From the IMG/VR virus record IMGVR_UViG_3300030444_000240: a DNA stretch of 30,976 bases, one strand, 5' to 3'. The translations under genes and the position numbers were made by a program. The notes beneath the pieces are model-generated. The model saw only the letters and a list, made by a program, of their open reading frames with translations. It did no database searches and was not told the origin of the DNA. Below are positions 25,657 to 30,976 of the stretch, piece after piece (the stretch's first letter is position 1; every line of letters starts with the position of its first letter). This DNA comes from a virus (taxonomy: Duplodnaviria; Heunggongvirae; Uroviricota; Caudoviricetes).

Positions 25657-26156
25657 GCCTGTGCTCCCAGCTTATTGTTGCCGCGGTACTAGTGACCAGT
25701 GCGTTTATCGCTGGAAATATATGGTGTAGCCGCGGTTGGGAAAAAAAGTGGGCGGAACGTGACAGCGCGGAATCATCGCAAACAGCGAACGCGCAGACCG
25801 CAGCCCGCATGATTGAACAAGGGCGCATAATTGCCCGTGATGAGGCTGTAAAAGATGCACAAGCACAAGCAGCTAAATCTGCTGCCACTGCTGCTGGCCT
25901 GTCTGCCACTGTTAACCAGCTGCGCACCGAAGCAACAAAGCTTGCCGCCCGCCTGGACGCCGCAAAGCACACCGCAGATCTTGCCGCTGCCGTCAGAAGC
26001 AAAACAGCCGGAGCCGACGCCGCAGTGCTCGCCGACATGCTCGGCCGCCTTACAGAAGAAGCTCGATATTATGCTGAGCGATCTGACGAAAGCTACCGGG
26101 CTGGAATGACGTGTGAGCGCGTTTATGAGTCGGTGAGGACATCAAATTACAATTGA
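25653..26156 (+). CDS. Rz: Rz-like i-spanin
   Basis: N-terminal TM helix, Ala/Gln-rich coiled-coil-like body; start overlaps the endolysin stop. Confidence 0.7.
   Translation: MSLCSQLIVAAVLVTSAFIAGNIWCSRGWEKKWAERDSAESSQTANAQTAARMIEQGRIIARDEAVKDAQAQAAKSAATAAGLSATVNQLRTEATKLAARLDAAKHTADLAAAVRSKTAGADAAVLADMLGRLTEEARYYAERSDESYRAGMTCERVYESVRTSNYN
25855..26109 (+). CDS. Rz1: Rz1-like o-spanin lipoprotein embedded in the +1 frame of Rz
   Basis: Signal peptide with lipobox LLTSC followed by a Pro-rich mature region; nested in Rz as expected. Confidence 0.6.
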   Translation: MHKHKQLNLLPLLLACLPLLTSCAPKQQSLPPAWTPQSTPQILPLPSEAKQPEPTPQCSPTCSAALQKKLDIMLSDLTKATGLE

Positions 26157-26251
26157 GTATATAAAGGATATACTTTACATTTTTTCTCTACGTCAATGAT
26201 TTGTAACATGGCCGGTTTAAATAGATTACCTGCCATGTTACTTAATCATTA

Positions 26252-26944
26252 TTATTCAATGGCATCTAAAATTTCATATGCTTCATTAACAAAATCTCTT
26301 ATTTCTTTTAGACATAACTCTACAAAAGGAATGACCTCATAATCTGTACCGTGGAATCTTATTTTTTTCTCTTCGGTTATGTTAATATTGATGGGGATTC
26401 CGTTCCCTGATTTTTCAACTTTACCATTTTCAATGGTGAAGTCTTCAATTCTCTGTCCATTGGTGAAATTATCTCTGAAAATGATTTTTGATGTAGCATC
26501 TGTCTTAATTAATCCAAACCCATTGATATTAACATCTATTCCTCGAACAATACTATCTTCACTCAATGGGATTGGTTTCCTATGTTTTACTTCGTTCGTG
26601 AGGTTACACATCATTCCAAGCCAGTTATTACCAGTTTGATAGTCTTGGATTGAAACAAAAACTGCATATAATGGAGATAATTCAGGTTGCTGGCAGTTTA
26701 ATTTTTTAATAAAGAAAGCATCTAAAAATTTTTTCTCGCCGTATGGGAAATAAATTTTTGGCCGAGGGGTTGATTGGTTAGTGGTATGTTTTTCATAACT
26801 ATCATTCGCAACGTATTCTAATGCGCTTCTTAAATTTTCAAGTATTGATTTAACCTTTACTGGTTTTATTTGTTGCGTATCTTTTAATATTTCAACGGTT
26901 TCTTCAACTTCTTGCAATAAATCTAACGTTCCTTCTCTGGACAT
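26252..26944 (-). CDS. Hypothetical protein (230 aa), AT-rich moron between the lysis cassette and cos
   Basis: ORF of unknown family in low-GC DNA, opposite in orientation to the flanking phage genes. Confidence 0.5.
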   Translation of the reverse strand: MSREGTLDLLQEVEETVEILKDTQQIKPVKVKSILENLRSALEYVANDSYEKHTTNQSTPRPKIYFPYGEKKFLDAFFIKKLNCQQPELSPLYAVFVSIQDYQTGNNWLGMMCNLTNEVKHRKPIPLSEDSIVRGIDVNINGFGLIKTDATSKIIFRDNFTNGQRIEDFTIENGKVEKSGNGIPININITEEKKIRFHGTDYEVIPFVELCLKEIRDFVNEAYEILDAIE

Positions 26945-27059
26945 TCTTAGTCTCCGTTAAGGTTTTGGGGCAAGTTTTTATAACTATTAGATTATCAATT
27001 AAATATTATGCCATATGCTTGCATGTAGTTGAACAGCCAACAAGAAAACAACAAAGCAT

Positions 27060-27287
27060 CTCATTTACGGGTCCTTTCCGGCGATCCGGGCTGTTACGGG
27101 GCGGCGACCTCGCGGGTTTTCGCTATTTATGAAAATTTTCCGGTTTAAGGCATTTCCGTTCTTCTTCGTTGTAACTTAATGTTTTTATTTAAAATACCCC
27201 CTGAAAAGAAAGGAAACGACAGGTGCTGAAAACGAGCTTTTGGGCCTCTGTCGTTTCCTTTCTCTGTTTTTGGCCGTGGAATGAACA
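27060..27287 (+). other. Lambda-type cos site (cosQ-cosN-cosB); cohesive-end sequence GGGCGGCGACCT at 27099-27110
   Basis: ACGGGTCCTTTCCGG...GTTACGGGGCGGCGACCTCGCGGGTTTTCGCTATTTATGAAAATTTTCCGGTTTAAGGC matches the joined lambda ends as recalled, directly upstream of the Nu1 start. Confidence 0.8.
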
Positions 27288-27908
27288 ATGGAAGTCAACA
27301 AAAAGCAGCTGGCTGACATTTTCGGTGCGAGTATCCGTACCATTCAGAACTGGCAGGAACAGGGAATGCCCGTTCTGCGAGGCGGTGGCAAGGGTAATGA
27401 GGTGCTTTATGACTCTGCCGCCGTTATAAAATGGTATGCCGAAAGGGATGCTGAAATTGAGAACGAAAAGCTGCGCCGGGAGGTTGAAGAACTGCGCCAG
27501 GCCAGCGAGGCAGATCTCCAGCCAGGGACTATTGAGTACGAACGCCATCGACTTACGCGTGCGCAGGCCGACGCACAGGAACTGAAGAATGCCAGAGACT
27601 CCGCTGAAGTGGTGGAAACCGCATTCTGTACTTTCGTGCTGTCGCGGATCGCAGGTGAAATTGCCAGTATTCTCGACGGGATCCCCCTGTCGGTGCAGCG
27701 GCGTTTTCCGGAACTGGAAAACCGACATGTTGATTTCCTGAAACGGGATATCATCAAAGCCATGAACAAAGCAGCCGCGCTGGATGAACTGATATTGGTG
27801 CTCATACGCACTCCGTTGCGATTGGTTCACATGGACATACCATCACCGTTAACGCTGCTGGTAACGCGGAAAACACCGTCAAAAACATCGCATTTAACTA
27901 TATTGTGA
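27288..27908 (+). pseudogene. nu1: Terminase small subunit Nu1, 3'-truncated and fused out of frame to the 3' end of a tail fiber gene
   Basis: MEVNKKQLADIFGASIRTIQNWQEQGMPVLRGGGKGNEVLYDSAAVIKWY... matches lambda Nu1 to about residue 169 (AAALDELI); from about 27794 the DNA matches the stf 3' end read in another frame. Confidence 0.8.
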
Positions 27909-28482
27909 GGCTTGCATAATGGCATTCAGAATGAGTGAACAACCACGGACCATAAAAATTTATAATCTGCTGGCCGGAACTAATGAATTTATTGGTGAAG
28001 GTGACGCATATATTCCGCCTCATACAGGTCTGCCAGCAAACAGTACCGATATTGCACCGCCAGATATTCCGGCAGGCTTCGTGGCTGTTTTCAACAGTGA
28101 TGAGGCATCGTGGCATCTCGTTGAAGATCATCGGGGTAAAACGGTTTATGACGTGGCTTCCGGCGACGCGTTATTTATTTCTGAACTCGGTCCGTTACCG
28201 GAAAATGCCACTTGGTTATCCCCGGAAGGGGAGTTTCAGAAGTGGAACGGCACAGCCTGGGTGAAAGATGCAGAAGCAGAAAAACTATTCCGGATCCGGG
28301 AGGCGGAAGAAACAAAAAACAGCCTGATGCAGGCAGCGAATGAGCATATTGCGCCACTTCAGGATGCTGTAGATCTGGAAATCGCAACGGAGGAAGAAAA
28401 CTCGTTGCTGGAAGCCTGGAAAAAGTATCGGGTGTTGCTGAACCGTGTTAATACAACAACTGCTCCGGATATTGAATGGCCA
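27794..28482. repeat. Direct repeat copy 2 (stf 3' end plus tfa), nearly identical by eye to 3141-3838
   Basis: See copy 1; the junction with Nu1 is at about 27794-27796. Confidence 0.8.
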
Positions 28483-28500
28483 GTAGCACCTATAGGGTAA
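27919..28500 (+). CDS. tfa: Tail fiber assembly protein (Tfa), copy 2, intact
   Basis: 193 aa, [74 protein letters not shown]...; nearly identical to copy 1 until the C-terminal tail. Confidence 0.9.
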   Translation: MAFRMSEQPRTIKIYNLLAGTNEFIGEGDAYIPPHTGLPANSTDIAPPDIPAGFVAVFNSDEASWHLVEDHRGKTVYDVASGDALFISELGPLPENATWLSPEGEFQKWNGTAWVKDAEAEKLFRIREAEETKNSLMQAANEHIAPLQDAVDLEIATEEENSLLEAWKKYRVLLNRVNTTTAPDIEWPVAPIG

Positions 28501-29358
28501 ATTCGTAATGATTACCTAAATACGTTATTCTTTTGTTCAAAAAGTGATTTTGCTATAGGTAGGGAGTATGTTCTTGGATTAAGAATAAAAATCGCCATGA
28601 AAGAGCTTCATGGCGAGTACATAAACGTACAAAATGTGATGAAAGTAGAGTGGCGTAAGCCACTATATTAAGATGTGACAATAGCGAACAAAAGTAAATA
28701 ACATTTTATGGACGTTTAATTGTTAATTATAAAAACTAGAGTGCCCGATATTGTTTATCTTGCTTTAAAATAATGTACTCAAACCAAATTTTTGAGCTAA
28801 AAGCTCAAATAATATAAATGCAATGATAATGTTTAATAAGACAATTAGCTTGCTTTGTATTTTCATTTCGGAATACTGTTAAGTAACTTTGATGACCCTA
28901 ACAATAGATCGGAATTTTCTTAGAGTCAATGGTCACTGTTTTTGTTTGCAAAGCAAATGTTTTGGTGGTTATAAGTTGTCTTAATATAGTCACGCATGCA
29001 ACTTGTTCCATGCGGAGATTAAAGATTGGAATATAACGCGAAGATGGAATTAAATTACATTTGCAATAATCAATTTATTATTACTCAATAATTACCGATA
29101 TTATTATTGTAAATTAATCATTAGAGTGCAAAAAGAAATGTAACGGCAAAATAAGAGGACGATAGCTGAGAAAAAAGCGTGCTTTCCCAATCTGGGGCAA
29201 ATCACGTCTGAATGACACCTGAAAACAGGTAGTAGCCTCAAGAAGGCTTGGAATATTCTTCTTTAATGTTATGTAATTCATTGATTTTTCGTGTACGATT
29301 TTAAGACATTTATTCCAAGAAAAATTTTTAACTCTTTGATTTTTCGACTCTGTATCAT

Positions 29359-29420
29359 CGGTCTCGAAAACCGGAGTAGGGGCAACTCTACCGGGGGTTC
29401 AAATCCCCCTCTCTCCGCCA
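29359..29420 (+). other. 3' 62 nt of tRNA-Ser(CGA) (serU-like): anticodon arm through CCA; prophage att core, not a complete tRNA
   Basis: CGGTCTCGAAAACCGGAGTAGGGGCAACTCTACCGGGGGTTCAAATCCCCCTCTCTCCGCCA has anticodon loop CTCGAAA, a long variable arm and a T-arm; there is no matching acceptor 5' strand or D-arm upstream. Confidence 0.7.
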
Positions 29421-29438
29421 CTTTATCAATGACTTATC

Positions 29439-29491
29439 NNNNNNNNNNNNNNNNNNNNNNNNNNNNNNNNNNNNNNNNNNNNNNNNNNNNN
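29439..29491. other. Assembly gap or masked bases (53 N)
   Basis: Run of n characters 18 nt after the tRNA fragment. Confidence 1.
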
Positions 29492-29996
29492 GAAGGGTTA
29501 GATCGTCACTGTTTTCTGTTCGATACTGTGACATTCAGCACTTGATTCGCTATGGATCTGACAGGAAGGTTTTGAGCGAAAATTTGCAGTTATTCAGTCG
29601 TTTTCTTATCGGTCACCATTATTCTTTTAGACATTGATCCTACAAAGCTGCCGCAAAGTTGGTGGTAGGAACTGAAGTTGCGTAGAGAAGGGGTCAATAC
29701 CCGGAGGCAAACATGGGCTGGCAAAAGTGTAGCGGTATTAGGCGCAGCTATTTAGCCTAGTTATGTTTTATGAAAACTTGATATCATATAAGTGTCTTAC
29801 TTATTGGCTGTAAATAAGTTTTTCCTAAGGAATTGTTTCTTGAGTATCATTTGTAACTGTAACGGAATTTATAATCCTTTGCTTTATTGTTACGGTATTT
29901 TTTATCACACCCTATTTTTTATGTGGTTTTTTATACTGAAGTTTGGCAAAGTGAACTTTATATGCATATACTTCATCCTGGTTTCAGTTAAGTTGG

Positions 29997-30749
29997 GTGG
30001 ATGATATGGCAACTACATGTTCAGTTATATTGATTTTGGAGTCCTTTGATGTTTATTTCGGAAAAGAGAGTGTGTTTCTGGAGAGAGGTTCATCTGTACT
30101 TGTCGACTCTAGCTCTAGAGATTTTTTCCTGACATATCCTGAAAGAGTGATAGTGGCGGATTTTGGCGCTGAGTTTATTAGTCGCTATTTGAAAGCTAAT
30201 AACTTAAGGGATATTTCTGATTGTAGGGAATATCCATCTTATTTAAAAATAAACTTTGCTGACTTCAGTTTAATTAAAGGATTAATTAGTTGGGCTAATC
30301 ACTGTGCTGAATACATAGAAATTTTTGATGAGTCTATTGCTTTTACATGTCTCTCTGCATTTTCTTCTGAAAAACAATTTGGAGTATTTCTGTTTGAATG
30401 TTTGAAAAGCACAGGGGCTAAAGTTAAAACGATTATTCATACGGATTTATCTGCACCATGGCGTCTTAAGGATATATCATCAAGATTATATCTCAGCGAA
30501 AGTTTACTAAAGAGGAAATTGAAAGAAGAGGGGGTATCATTCAGTAAGATCATACTTGATGAGAGGATGCAAATGGCTGAATATTTACTCTGCACTCGTT
30601 GTTATCCTATTAGTAAAGTAGCTAAGGTCTGTGGTTATGCCAGTGTCTCATACTTTACTTATGTATTTAGACGTTATTTTGGTGTTTCTCCAAGTCAATA
30701 CTCTCAGAGGAGTTCAGAAAGTAAAATTCTTACTCACCAGGGAATCTGA
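29997..30749 (+). CDS. AraC-family transcriptional regulator (AppY/EnvY-like)
   Basis: 250 aa; C-terminal HTH region WRLKDISSRLYLSESLLKRKLKEEGVSFSKIILDERMQMAEYLL ... YFTYVFRRYFGVSPSQY. Confidence 0.8.
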   Translation: MDDMATTCSVILILESFDVYFGKESVFLERGSSVLVDSSSRDFFLTYPERVIVADFGAEFISRYLKANNLRDISDCREYPSYLKINFADFSLIKGLISWANHCAEYIEIFDESIAFTCLSAFSSEKQFGVFLFECLKSTGAKVKTIIHTDLSAPWRLKDISSRLYLSESLLKRKLKEEGVSFSKIILDERMQMAEYLLCTRCYPISKVAKVCGYASVSYFTYVFRRYFGVSPSQYSQRSSESKILTHQGI

Positions 30750-30753
30750 TCAT

Positions 30754-30976
30754 TGTTCTTGCCCCCTTATTTCCAGACAGGGGGTGTATCTTAAGTTAAC
30801 GTTACCCGCTGACGTCGATATTCTCGCGGAGAGCGATAACCCAACGCACTGTGCGGATGGTTTTCATTGTAATGTTCGATCGCCACTGCAAGATTATGCA
30901 ATGCCGTTCTTACATTCGGTTTCGGCATGAACGCGATGTAGTCTTCCTTCATCGTTTTCACGAACCTTTCTGCCAT
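30754..30976 (-). mobile_element. IS3-family (IS2-like) element, partial: terminal inverted repeat and transposase C-terminus; continues beyond the window
   Basis: The minus-strand ORF ends ...[55 protein letters not shown], like the IS2 InsD C-terminus as recalled; flanking DNA (...GCCCCCTTATTTCCAGACA..., ...GAGCGATAACCCAACGCACTGTGCGGATG...) resembles the IS2 end. Confidence 0.7.

Noticed and set aside
25604-26038. Minus-strand ORFs inside Rz
   Set aside because: Antisense to Rz/Rz1; Ala-rich mirror of the coiled-coil coding region.
27189-27830. Minus-strand 213-aa and 134-aa ORFs across cos and Nu1
   Set aside because: Antisense to Nu1, whose translation matches the lambda small terminase subunit, and running across the cos site.
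29359-29420. Complete tRNA-Ser gene
   Set aside because: Only the 3' 62 nt (anticodon arm to CCA) are present; upstream sequence has no acceptor 5' strand or D-arm, so this is an att-type fragment.
1-30976. CRISPR array
   Set aside because: No regularly spaced short direct repeats with unique spacers were seen; the only tandem repeats are coding repeats in stf and the iteron-like repeats at 16491-16598.

Overview
This window looks like a mosaic, partly degraded lambdoid prophage region from an enterobacterium (E. coli-like), read by eye from the sequence and the ORF track; no searches were run. Layout, left to right: (1) a 5'-truncated lambda Stf-like side tail fiber (1-3267) and tail fiber assembly gene (3267-3860, interrupted by a 65-nt N gap); (2) an apparently AT-rich cargo stretch (3.9-9.6 kb) with a HEPN-like protein, a DinI-like gene with an SOS box, an unknown two-gene operon, a Dam-class adenine methyltransferase and an OLD-family ATPase-nuclease, interspersed with two tRNA/tmRNA 3'-end-like fragments; (3) integrase and excisionase (9588-10933), early-left genes, a CI-like S24 repressor with palindromic operators, Cro-like and regulatory genes, a replication initiator carrying iteron-like repeats, a phage adenine MTase, LexA-like protein, RusA, KilA-N and DUF968 proteins and antiterminator Q with a tR'-like terminator; (4) morons between Q and the lysis genes (Blc-like lipocalin, DUF523/DUF1722 protein, frameshifted AraC-like gene); (5) a phage-21-type lysis cassette (pinholin, SAR endolysin, Rz/Rz1) with an extra insert; (6) a lambda-type cos site and a Nu1 small terminase gene truncated and fused to the 3' end of a second stf copy, then a second tfa; (7) a 62-nt tRNA-Ser(CGA) 3' fragment (att remnant), a second N gap, an AraC-family regulator and the end of an IS2-like element. 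The strongest candidates for an undescribed system are the OLD-family nuclease plus Dam-like MTase pair (6817-9529), the HEPN-like protein (3973-4926), the unknown two-gene operon (5697-6529), and the small-peptide plus membrane-protein module facing cI (12628-13201). All calls rest on motif recognition and recalled homology.
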